From contig DASRGZ010000170.1 of NCBI GenBank assembly GCA_035650735.1, positions 1 to 36,336 on the forward strand: a DNA stretch of 36,336 bases, in the 5' to 3' direction. This stretch comes from Chthonomonadaceae bacterium. GTDB taxonomy: Bacteria > Armatimonadota > Chthonomonadetes > Chthonomonadales > Chthonomonadaceae. The position numbers and the translations under genes are program-made. The notes beneath the pieces are model-generated. The model was not told the DNA's origin. It was given only the letters and a program-made list of their open reading frames with translations, and did not search any database. How positions within the stretch are numbered: the first letter of the stretch is position 1; every line of letters starts with the position of its first letter. Below, piece after piece: positions 1 through 8,114 of this stretch.

Positions 1-4
1 TCGG

Positions 5-88
5 GCGGCTAATGACCTTTGACAATCTAACCGGATAGTGTTGAGTTAGAAAAACTGCCCCCTTAGACAATCCAAGGTCATCAGCCGC
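5..88. repeat. 26-bp imperfect inverted repeat pair around a 32-bp spacer (MITE-like)
   Basis: 5-30 GCGGCTAATGACCTTTGACAATCTAA matches the reverse complement of 63-88 (GCGGCTGATGACCTTGGATTGTCTAA) at 21/26 positions. Confidence 0.6.
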
Positions 89-220
89 AGCAACAAAGGC
101 ACCAAGTCCGCCTTCGCGGACTCCTTTCTCCCCTCTCCTTCTCAAGGAGAGGGGCCGGGGGGGAGGTCTGTAGTCGCCGCAGGCCGACTTTGTGCTTTTG
201 TTGCCGCGAATTCATTCGCC
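83..220. repeat. Composite REP-like element: two inverted palindromic units flanking a CCCCTCTCC/GGAGAGGGG hairpin
   Basis: Reverse complement of about 84-122 (AGTCCGCGAAGGCGGACTTGGTGCCTTTGTTGCTGCGGC) resembles 172-210 (AGTCGCCGCAGGCCGACTTTGTGCTTTTGTTGCCGCGAA); central hairpin 130-154 recurs at 18820-18844, about 25525-25549 and about 34985-35013. Confidence 0.75.
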
Positions 221-1129
221 CGCAACCGTGTAGGAATCGCGCTTCCGGCTGCGCCGACGAACCGGCGTGTCCTCGGCATCGGAGCGCCGGCGCGTTGCCA
301 CCCAGAACTTGCCCTGACGCAATCCGTTGCGAGTGAACGGCCCAATATCGGGGGCTTGCAGCAGCCGGTTTAACTGTTCGCGCAGCTTCTCTTTGGGCAG
401 GGGGCGAATGAGCTTGCCTTCGACGGCAATCGAGATCGTTCCCGTCTCTTCCGAGACAATCACCACGACCGCGTCGCTGTTTTCCGACATGCCGAGCGCC
501 GCCTTGTGGCGCGTGTGGACCGTCACATCCACTTTGGGGCGGTCGGTCAGGGGAAGGATGCAGGCGGCGGCGGCGAGATGGCCGTTGCGGATCACCACGG
601 CCCCATCGTGGAGCGGCGTGCCTTTGTAAAAGATCGTGTCCAAAAGTTGGGCTGTGACCGTCGCATTGACGGGCGTTCCCGTGGCAATGATCTCGTCCAG
701 CCCGGTCTGCCGCTCGAAGACGATGAGGGCGCCGACCCGCTTGGCTGAGAGCGCGCAGACGGCCTGCACGACCTCCTCGATCATCTCGCTCACGTCTTCA
801 CGATTGATCAGACTCAGGCCCCGGCTCCAGAAGCGCGGCCCAAACTCTTCCAGCGCGTGCCGCAGTTCCGGATAGAACAGAATGACGATGGCGACCGGGC
901 CGAGGGGAACGATCTGGCGCAGCAGCCAGTTGAGCGTGTTCAACTGGAGGCGGTCGCTCAGGATCAAGGCCAGCAACAGCGTGCCCAGCCCACCCAGGAT
1001 CTGGAGGGCGCGCGTGCCCCGCACCAGCAGCAGCAGGCGATAGATCAGGTAGGCGACAACCAGGATATCCAGAATCTCCGTCCAGATACCGCTGCCTCGC
1101 AATGCGTTCAGTGCTTGCTGCGCCCCCAT
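212..1129 (-). CDS. dacA: Diadenylate cyclase (CdaA/DacA; three N-terminal TM helices plus DisA_N/DAC domain)
   Basis: DILVVAYLIYRLLLLVRGTRA, FYPELRHALE, GALIVFER, TPLHDGAVVI, TRHKAALGMSE, VSEETGTIS. ATG at 1129 chosen because AGGAG lies upstream; ORF track starts at 1228. Confidence 0.95.
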   Translation of the reverse strand: MGAQQALNALRGSGIWTEILDILVVAYLIYRLLLLVRGTRALQILGGLGTLLLALILSDRLQLNTLNWLLRQIVPLGPVAIVILFYPELRHALEEFGPRFWSRGLSLINREDVSEMIEEVVQAVCALSAKRVGALIVFERQTGLDEIIATGTPVNATVTAQLLDTIFYKGTPLHDGAVVIRNGHLAAAACILPLTDRPKVDVTVHTRHKAALGMSENSDAVVVIVSEETGTISIAVEGKLIRPLPKEKLREQLNRLLQAPDIGPFTRNGLRQGKFWVATRRRSDAEDTPVRRRSRKRDSYTVAGE

Positions 1130-1265
1130 CAAGCTTGCTCCTACCGCCCGCGTCAGCAGGGACGGAATGCCCCGTGTGACGAAATAGTGCTCCTGTTTCA
1201 GTATATCATACGACCGGGATTGGGTCAAGCGAGGAATAACCCCAGGAATTTTTGAGCCAGAAGGC

Positions 1266-1295
1266 TTGACAAATGCCCGCCGAATCCGTTATGAT
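1266..1295 (+). promoter_or_regulatory. Sigma70-type promoter for the NlpC/P60 gene
   Basis: TTGACA (1266-1271), 18-nt spacer, TATGAT (1290-1295). Confidence 0.7.
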
Positions 1296-1316
1296 GACCG
1301 ACGAGCACTCTACTTA

Positions 1317-1332
1317 TGTGAGAAAGTTCACA
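1317..1332. promoter_or_regulatory. CRP-family operator
   Basis: TGTGA-GAAAGT-TCACA is an exact TGTGA-N6-TCACA palindrome just downstream of the promoter. Confidence 0.6.
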
Positions 1333-1563
1333 CGTCAATCGTGAGCTTGACCACAAGAAGACAAGCTGCTCCACCCTTGTCTTCACGTCCTCCCCAGCAA
1401 CACGACAACCAGAGCCTGAGCAGCGGCCCTCCACCACAAGTAGCTGACGAAGGCAAAGGCAGGAAACCTCCCTGCCCGAGCGGAAGCAGCGGGGCCATCA
1501 GGCGCAAAAATACCGTGCGGCCCTGGGCCGACACCAACGCCAAACAGGAAGGAGCAAACGGAT

Positions 1564-2736
1564 TTGCGTATCCGCCAACTTCGCTGGGCGCGTGTGTGCG
1601 TCATGGCAACGTCTACCTCGCTTCTCTCCAGCGCCGCCTGGGCCTCCACCATCCACACCATCAAGCCGGGAGATACGCTCTTCCTCCTGGCGCGCAGGTA
1701 CCGGGTAGCGATACGCGACATCACCAGAACCAATCACATTTCTGAGAACGCCGAGCTCAACATCGGCGACAAGCTCATTCTTCCCGATTCTTCCAGGCGC
1801 ATCACAGCCCCTACGAGGATGCGCAGGACGGCCTATATCAAGGAGAATCGGGGCGTCAACGTGCGATCCGGGCCGGGAGCCAGCCATCCCCGTCTGGACA
1901 CGCTGGATGCGGGCGCGCGTGTTGTTATCTCCGCCCGCCGCAACGGCTGGGCGCAGGTGAAGCTGCCGGACGGGCGCACCGGATGGGTGCGCCAGGATCT
2001 CATCGGGTACGGCAGGCGCGCTCAGCAAGATAGGACAGACCCCTCGCTGGCCTCGCGCCCCCCCAGGCCGGCCCGACGCAAGCGCGTGCCCCACTACGCC
2101 CCGGCGGAAGCCGTCTCGGAGAACCGCTGGCGCCGCTGGCGGCTGGCGCGCTACGCCAAATCGTCGGCCCATGCGACCAAGAGGCATCCTGAGCATCAGC
2201 ATCCCGTGCGTTGGGCCAGGCGGCATCGCCGTCGGGCGGAGTGGGCCGTCCGTCCGCACCGACATCGCCGCAGGGAATGGGCAGCCAATGCTCCTCGCCG
2301 CTATCGCTCCTGGCAGCGTTGGGCTGGGCGTGGGCGCTTTCTGCCGGAAGCCGCCAGGCCGGCGGCGAGCACGGACATCGTGCGCACGGCCTACGCCTAT
2401 CGGGGCACGCCCTATCGCTGGGGCGGCGACTCGCGTGGCGGCTTTGACTGCTCCGGCTTCACCAGCTATCTCTACCGTCGGCGGGGAATCGCGTTGCCGC
2501 ACTCGGCGCGCGGCCAGTTCTCCTACGGCCATCGGGTGGAGCGCGGCCAGTTGAGGCCCGGCGACCTGGTTTTCTTCGAGACGGTGCACCCGGGCATCTC
2601 GCATGTCGGGATGTACGTCGGCAATGGCCGCTTCGTCCATGCCTCCAGTCGCCGTGCCGGGGGCGTGCGCGTGGATAGGCTCGACTCCGGTTACTACAGC
2701 GCGCACTTCCGGGGCGCGCGGCGCATCCAAAAGTAA
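1564..2736 (+). CDS. Secreted LysM-SH3-NlpC/P60 (C40) cell-wall endopeptidase
   Basis: Signal peptide; LysM (HTIKPGDTLFLLARRY...LNIGDKLILP); SH3b (VNVRSGPG...GWAQVKLPDGRTGWV); C40 motifs GTPYRWGG, GFDCSGF, PGDLVFF, HVGMYVGNGRFVHA. TTG start with AAGGAG upstream. Confidence 0.93.
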   Translation: MRIRQLRWARVCVMATSTSLLSSAAWASTIHTIKPGDTLFLLARRYRVAIRDITRTNHISENAELNIGDKLILPDSSRRITAPTRMRRTAYIKENRGVNVRSGPGASHPRLDTLDAGARVVISARRNGWAQVKLPDGRTGWVRQDLIGYGRRAQQDRTDPSLASRPPRPARRKRVPHYAPAEAVSENRWRRWRLARYAKSSAHATKRHPEHQHPVRWARRHRRRAEWAVRPHRHRRREWAANAPRRYRSWQRWAGRGRFLPEAARPAASTDIVRTAYAYRGTPYRWGGDSRGGFDCSGFTSYLYRRRGIALPHSARGQFSYGHRVERGQLRPGDLVFFETVHPGISHVGMYVGNGRFVHASSRRAGGVRVDRLDSGYYSAHFRGARRIQK

Positions 2737-2876
2737 TCGGACCTTATCCCGTCCTACGGCAAAATCTGGCCCTGCAGATACCCGTTTCCAGGACCTGACA
2801 GCCAACCGATCTCCATGCGGAAGACCTCGCCTATTGGCAGGTACAAGCCTTTATTGAGAGGCGAGTGCCTGCCAAT

Positions 2877-2948
2877 TTCAGTTGCGCCCGCCTGTTTCAA
2901 CAACTCGACCATTTCCGAGGAGCGGAATTCCTTTGCGCGGGTCAATGG
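2877..2948 (-). pseudogene. Orphan C-terminal fragment of an ankyrin-repeat protein
   Basis: PLTRAKEFRSSEMVELLKQAGATE resembles a terminal ankyrin repeat (PLxxA...EMVELLKxAGA); no further repeats upstream. Confidence 0.45.
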
Positions 2949-3016
2949 GTGAGCAAGCGCGGGCCGACGCGGGCTGTGGAGTGGAGGGTGAGCGAGCGCT
3001 TGCTGTGACAAATGAC

Positions 3017-3057
3017 GGATTGCAATGTATAAAAACCATGGATTGCAGTGTATAAAA
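3017..3057 (+). promoter_or_regulatory. Tandem 18-bp direct repeat, probable regulator binding site
   Basis: GGATTGCAATGTATAAAA (3017-3034) and GGATTGCAGTGTATAAAA (3040-3057), 17/18 identical, 23-bp period. Confidence 0.6.
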
Positions 3058-3177
3058 GAGCGAGCGAAGTTCTGTAACCTTTGGGCACGGCAGGTGTCTA
3101 ATTCGCCAGGCCGTGCCTTTGCAGGTCACGGCAGTGTCCCTGCGACCTGCACGCGCACGGAAGGAAATCGATTCAAA

Positions 3178-4068
3178 GTGTTGAAGTCAAAACGTAATGC
3201 ACGGTTGGCGGTCGGCAGGCTCGGCTTCCGAATGTTGATCGCCTTTGTCGCTATCGGGGGATGGATTTCGCCCCGGCAAGCGCTGGCGATGCCTACGTTC
3301 CCGGCGGTGGTCCGGCAGACCTATTCACTCAAGCCCGGAGGGACAATCTCCGCAACGGTAGATTCCTGCACCTTCTGCCATGTCGCTCCCGGACAGACCA
3401 AGCGCAACCCCTACGGTCTGGACGTGCAGGCGGCCCTGCGGCAGGCCAACACGAAGACGCTGACACCCGCGATATTGAAGTCTATCGAAAACAAGGACTC
3501 CGACGGCGATGGGTTCCCCAATGGCGTCGAGATCGCCGCCGATACCCTGCCCGGTGACCCGGCCAGCAAGCCGGCAGGCAAGCCCGTCAGCGCCCCGACG
3601 GCGGCTGCGGCGCAAGCATCTAGTCCGACCGGCCCCTTCGCGCTGAGGACGCTCCTGCTCCCCCGGCATGCCCAGCATCCGGTCGTGGTGCATTTTCCCA
3701 TCGCGCTGCTGGTGGTCAGCCTGCTCTTCGATCTGCTAGGGTACCTGAAGCGCAACGGCGCCCTCATGACGGCAGGCTACTATAACCTGGTTGCGGCGGG
3801 AGCCAGCGCGCCGCTTGCGGTGGCTACCGGGCTCCTGGCCTGGATATTTGCGTTTGGTCAAACCAGGCTAACCGGTATCCTGTTGTACCACCTGATCCTC
3901 GGCGTGCTCACCACGGCGCTCATCGGCGTGCTGTGGTGGCTGCGGGCGCGCAACAAGGGGCAGTTGTCCGGCAGGATGGTGCGTGCCTATCTGATCTGCG
4001 GGTTCGTAGCCTTCGTGATTATCGCCCTGACCGGGCACCTGGGCGGGACCCTCGTGCAGGGTGAATAG
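3178..4068 (+). CDS. Exported monoheme cytochrome c-like domain fused to a DUF2231-type four-TM membrane domain
   Basis: Signal peptide ending QALA; CTFCH (3367-3381); NPYG; DSDGDGFPNGVEI calcium-binding-type repeat; HPVVVHFPIALL...YHLILG...TGHLGGTLV typical of DUF2231. Start uncertain (GTG 3178, TTG 3181 or ATG 3232). Confidence 0.75.
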   Translation: MLKSKRNARLAVGRLGFRMLIAFVAIGGWISPRQALAMPTFPAVVRQTYSLKPGGTISATVDSCTFCHVAPGQTKRNPYGLDVQAALRQANTKTLTPAILKSIENKDSDGDGFPNGVEIAADTLPGDPASKPAGKPVSAPTAAAAQASSPTGPFALRTLLLPRHAQHPVVVHFPIALLVVSLLFDLLGYLKRNGALMTAGYYNLVAAGASAPLAVATGLLAWIFAFGQTRLTGILLYHLILGVLTTALIGVLWWLRARNKGQLSGRMVRAYLICGFVAFVIIALTGHLGGTLVQGE

Positions 4069-4360
4069 CCTCCTCTCCGCTTTCCCCGGCAGGAAAGCGT
4101 GGTGCATGTTTAGGGCCATCGCCTCTTCCTCTCATCCCAGCCGACTCGCTCGATTAGACTAGAGGGGAAATGTGCGCGATGGCCCTGGCGCACGCTTGTT
4201 TCTGCGGAATTGATCAGGTAGAATAGTAATTGATGTTCTTCAACGAGATACGTCCCCTCTCTACCGACGTATACGCGTTCCACTATCGCGTGCTGCTTGT
4301 CACTCTGTCTGGCGGCGCGCCTCCCGGACAATCCTTGACACCAGGAAGAAAACTTCGCTC

Positions 4361-5638
4361 ATGAATCGCCGAGATTTTTTGAAAGATGCAACTGCGCTCG
4401 CCATGACGGTCGCGATGGCGATGGGCGCGGAAGAGCTGTTTGCGGAACCGGCCCCCGAAGAGGAAAAGCCGAGCGGCCCGCCCGTCCCCTGCGGCGTGAT
4501 CGGCCTCGGCCCGCAGGGGCGCGAGATCCTGGCTTCTCTGGCCAAGCTGGGCACCGCGCCGGTCGTCGCCGTCTGCGATACCTACACCGTTCCCGCCTAC
4601 CTCAAGCGCGCCACCGAGATCGCCCCCAATGCCACCGTCCACAACGACTACCGCAAGCTCCTTGACCAGAAGGACGTGCAGGCCGTCTTCGTCGCTACGC
4701 CCTCGCACAAGCACAAGCAGATCGTCCTGGACGCGCTGGCGGCGGGCAAGCACGTCTACTGTGAGGCGCCGCTGGCGGTCGATCCGGGCGAGGCGAAGGA
4801 GATCGCCAAGGCCGGCGTCGCCGCCAAGACGGTCTTCCAATCCGGCTTGCAGTACCGCGCCAACAAGCAGCATCAGCACGTGCTGGGCTTCATGCGCGCC
4901 GGCGTTCTGGGCCATGTCGCCGAGGGACGCGCGCAGTGGCACAAGAAGATGAGCTGGCGGCGGGCTGCCCCCACCGATGAGCGGGAGCGTGAGCTGAACT
5001 GGCGGCTCTACAAGGCCACCTCCAGCGGCCTGTGCGGCGAGATTGGCATCCACCAGTTTGACACGGCCACCTGGTTCCTCAAAGCCCTGCCCGTCTCCGT
5101 CCTCGGCTACGGCAGCATCCGGCACTGGACGCAGGACGGCATGGAGGTGCCGGATACGGTGCAGGTAGTGCTGGAATATCCCGACAACGTGCGCTACTTC
5201 TACGATGCCACGCTCGCCAACTCCTTCGATGGCAGCTACGATGTCTTCATGGGCTCCGATTCGGCCCTGATGATACGCGACCAGCGCGCCTGGATGTTCA
5301 AAGAGACCGACTCGCCGCTGCTGGGCTGGGAGGTCTATGCGCGCAAGGACAAGCTCGGCATCGGCGAGGATACCACCGGCACCGGCATCGCGCTCGTTGC
5401 TGACGCGACCAAGCTGATCGCCCAGGGCAAGCAGCCCGGCGAGGTCGGTCAGGATGTGACCAAAACCGCGCTGTACCAGGCCCTCTCCGCCTTCCTTGAT
5501 AGCATTCACACCGGCAAGAAGCCTGCCGCCGGGCCACTCGAAGGCTACCAGGCTACCCTGATCGCCAGCAAAGCCCATGAAGCGGTGATGACCGGCAGCA
5601 AGATCACTTTCCAGAAAGAGTGGTTTGACTTAGCGTAA
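4361..5638 (+). CDS. Tat-exported Gfo/Idh/MocA-family oxidoreductase (EAP variant)
   Basis: MNRRDFLK twin-arginine signal; GVIGLGPQG Rossmann motif; ATPSHKH; GKHVYCEAPLA; GEIGIHQFD. Confidence 0.9.
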   Translation: MNRRDFLKDATALAMTVAMAMGAEELFAEPAPEEEKPSGPPVPCGVIGLGPQGREILASLAKLGTAPVVAVCDTYTVPAYLKRATEIAPNATVHNDYRKLLDQKDVQAVFVATPSHKHKQIVLDALAAGKHVYCEAPLAVDPGEAKEIAKAGVAAKTVFQSGLQYRANKQHQHVLGFMRAGVLGHVAEGRAQWHKKMSWRRAAPTDERERELNWRLYKATSSGLCGEIGIHQFDTATWFLKALPVSVLGYGSIRHWTQDGMEVPDTVQVVLEYPDNVRYFYDATLANSFDGSYDVFMGSDSALMIRDQRAWMFKETDSPLLGWEVYARKDKLGIGEDTTGTGIALVADATKLIAQGKQPGEVGQDVTKTALYQALSAFLDSIHTGKKPAAGPLEGYQATLIASKAHEAVMTGSKITFQKEWFDLA

Positions 5639-5663
5639 TCTGCCTAGCAAAGGAGCAACGACC

Positions 5664-7007
5664 TTGAGCGAGAACCAGGACAACCAAACATCGCGCCGCG
5701 AATTCCTGCGCAACGCTGCCGTCACCGTCAGCGCGGGCGTGGCAGCCACTACCCTCAGCTCTATGCCCACGACCGCCCACGCCATGGCGCGCATCCGGGG
5801 CGCCAACGACCGCCTTCTCATCGGCCATGTTGGACTAGGTGGGCAGGGCATGACCCACGTGCGCCTGCTCAGAGACAACGCCAATGAGGGCCTCAAGAAC
5901 AATACCGAATCCATCGCGGTCTGCGATCTCTACGTCCGCCGCAAGAAGGGCGCGCAGAACTTCCTGGGTCTGAAGGACAACCAGACCTATGACGATTACC
6001 GCAAGCTGGTGGAGAACAAGGATCTGGATGCCGTCTGGGTGACGACCTCCGACAATTGGCATGCGCCGGTCGCCTTGGCGGCGATGGAGGCGGGCAAGCA
6101 CGTCTATATCGAAAAGCCGATGTGTAAGACGCTGGAGGAGGCGTTCGCGCTGCATGACACCGCCAAGCGCACCGGCAAGATCGTGCAGGTCGGCTCGCAG
6201 GGCTGCTCGGATGAGAAGTGGCATGTCGCCGGGCGCGTGGTCAAGTCCGGGCGCATCGGCAAGCTGGTCATGGCGCAGGGCAGCTATTGCCGCAACTCCA
6301 AGGGCGGCGAATGGAACTACTACACCATTGACAAGGATGCCGGGCCGACCTCTACGGGCGACGGCTACGTCAACTGGGAGATGTTCCGCCGGGGCCAGGG
6401 GCCCAAGGAGTGGGATCCGGATCGCTTCTTCCGCTGGCGCAAATACTGGGCCTACGGAACCGGGATCATGGGCGACCTGTTCCCGCACCGCCTGCACCCA
6501 TTGATGATCGCGATGGCGCAGCCGCAGGATGGCTACGACGGCTTCCCGATCCGCGTCGCCTCGCTGGGCGGCATCTATGTCCAGAAGATCAACCCGGAGA
6601 CCGGCAAGCCCGACCGCGAAGTGCCCGACTTCACTAACATCATCGTGGACTTCCCCAACGACTGCTCCCTGATGCTGCTCGGCACGGTCATCAATGAGCA
6701 GGGCTGGCAGGACATGATCCGGGGCAACAAGGCTACCCTCTATTTCGGCGGCAGCGGCGTCGAGATCAAGCCGGAGCGCGTCTGGTCGGATGAAGTCGAA
6801 GGCGGCACGGAGCCGGTGAACGGGCCGGGCGAGGACATCGCCGTCCATGAGCGCAACTTCATTGACTCTATCCGCAACAACACCGTCCCCAACTGCAACA
6901 TTGACCTGGCCGTGCGCGTCCAGACCATGATCTCGCTGGGCGAGATGGCCTACCGCCAGGGCAAGACGATGCACTTCGACCCCAAGACCCGCAAAGCCTG
7001 GGGCTAA
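5664..7007 (+). CDS. Tat-exported Gfo/Idh/MocA-family oxidoreductase
   Basis: SRREFLR Tat motif; GHVGLGGQG; GKHVYIEKPM; VQVGSQ; FFRWRKYWAYGTGIMGDLFPH. TTG start with AAGGAG upstream. Confidence 0.92.
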   Translation: MSENQDNQTSRREFLRNAAVTVSAGVAATTLSSMPTTAHAMARIRGANDRLLIGHVGLGGQGMTHVRLLRDNANEGLKNNTESIAVCDLYVRRKKGAQNFLGLKDNQTYDDYRKLVENKDLDAVWVTTSDNWHAPVALAAMEAGKHVYIEKPMCKTLEEAFALHDTAKRTGKIVQVGSQGCSDEKWHVAGRVVKSGRIGKLVMAQGSYCRNSKGGEWNYYTIDKDAGPTSTGDGYVNWEMFRRGQGPKEWDPDRFFRWRKYWAYGTGIMGDLFPHRLHPLMIAMAQPQDGYDGFPIRVASLGGIYVQKINPETGKPDREVPDFTNIIVDFPNDCSLMLLGTVINEQGWQDMIRGNKATLYFGGSGVEIKPERVWSDEVEGGTEPVNGPGEDIAVHERNFIDSIRNNTVPNCNIDLAVRVQTMISLGEMAYRQGKTMHFDPKTRKAWG

Positions 7008-7035
7008 AGAGAAGTCAAAGGATCAATACGTCAAT

Positions 7036-7078
7036 GGGGCGAGGAGAAAACACGTTTCCTCCTTGCCCCTTTTCTTTT
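7036..7078 (+). terminator. Probable intrinsic terminator between the oxidoreductase pair and apbE
   Basis: GGGGCGAGGA...TCCTTGCCCC stem followed by TTTTCTTTT. Confidence 0.7.
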
Positions 7079-7092
7079 GGGGGTTAGATCAA

Positions 7093-8019
7093 GTGGTGAC
7101 ATTGGCGCGGCGCGCGATGGGAACGCGCTTTGAACTGGTCCTCTACGGGGCGAGGGAGGCGTTTCTGCGCGCGGCAGGCGAGGAGGCTCTGGAGGAGATC
7201 GAGCGGCTGGAGGCCCAGCTTAGCCTGTACCGCCCGGAGAGCGACGTAAGCGACCTCAACCGGCGGGCGGCATTCGCGCCTGTGCCGGTGGACCCGCGCC
7301 TGTTCGCGCTGCTGGCGCACGCCAAAAGGCTGAGCGAGGAGACGGAAGGCGCGTTTGATATCACCGTCGCGCCGCTGATGCGCTGCTGGGGATTTGTGGG
7401 CGGCAGCGGCCAGATGCCCTCGCCGGAGGCCATTGCAGAGGCGCGGGCGCGCGTCGGGATGCAGCACGTCCGGTTGGATGCCGAACACTTCACGGTGCGC
7501 TTCGACCGTGAGGGCGTGATGCTCGATTTCGGGGCCATCGGCAAGGGCTACGCGATAGAGCGCGCGGTGGATCTTTTGCGCGAGAACGGCGTCACCAGCG
7601 CCCTGCTGCATGGGGGAACCAGCACCGTCTACGGCCTGGGCGTGCCGCCGGACGCCGACGCCTGGACCGTCGCCATCCAACGCCCCTTTGATACCGAGGA
7701 GGGCCACTATCTAACGCAGGTAAAGCTGCGGGACGCCGCGCTTTCCGTCTCCGCCCCGCACGGCAAATGGTTTCAGTCGGGAGGACGGCGGTACGGCCAC
7801 GTGATCGACCCGCGCACGGGTTATCCTGCCAGCCGCAGCCTGCTCGCCGCCCTCGTCTGCGAGTCGGCCACCGACAGCGACGCGCTCTCCACAGCCCTCC
7901 TGACGTTGGGCGAACCGTTCCTGCCGGCCCTCTGCGCCCGCCCTGGAACGCAAGGTGCGCTGCTCGCCATAGAAGAGGAGAGCGGTGAGATGCACGTCCT
8001 ATCGCAGGGGCTTGGCTGA
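7093..8019 (+). CDS. apbE: FAD:protein FMN transferase (ApbE family) without signal peptide
   Basis: AMGT, GAFDITVAPL, LDFGAIGKGYA, YGHVIDPRTG, SDALSTAL. TTG 7063 lies inside the terminator, so GTG 7093 or ATG 7117 is preferred. Confidence 0.92.
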   Translation: MVTLARRAMGTRFELVLYGAREAFLRAAGEEALEEIERLEAQLSLYRPESDVSDLNRRAAFAPVPVDPRLFALLAHAKRLSEETEGAFDITVAPLMRCWGFVGGSGQMPSPEAIAEARARVGMQHVRLDAEHFTVRFDREGVMLDFGAIGKGYAIERAVDLLRENGVTSALLHGGTSTVYGLGVPPDADAWTVAIQRPFDTEEGHYLTQVKLRDAALSVSAPHGKWFQSGGRRYGHVIDPRTGYPASRSLLAALVCESATDSDALSTALLTLGEPFLPALCARPGTQGALLAIEEESGEMHVLSQGLG

Positions 8020-8038
8020 GCGGGGCCGTCCCGGCGGC

Positions 8039-8066
8039 TTGACTTCCGCGCGAAAGCCGGTATAAT
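8039..8066 (+). promoter_or_regulatory. Sigma70-type promoter
   Basis: TTGACT, 16-nt spacer, TATAAT upstream of the YccA-family gene. Confidence 0.7.
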
Positions 8067-8114
8067 GGATTTGTCTCTGTCTGGTTGTCGAACCGTTTCA
8101 AGGAGGCGGAAGCC

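Noticed and set aside
1450..1530. Assignment of the NlpC/P60 leader to c-di-GMP-I, c-di-AMP, glycine riboswitch or SRP RNA
   Set aside because: Only isolated words match (GGCAAA, GGAAGCAGC, TCAGGC); order and pairing do not fit, so it is kept as an unassigned candidate.
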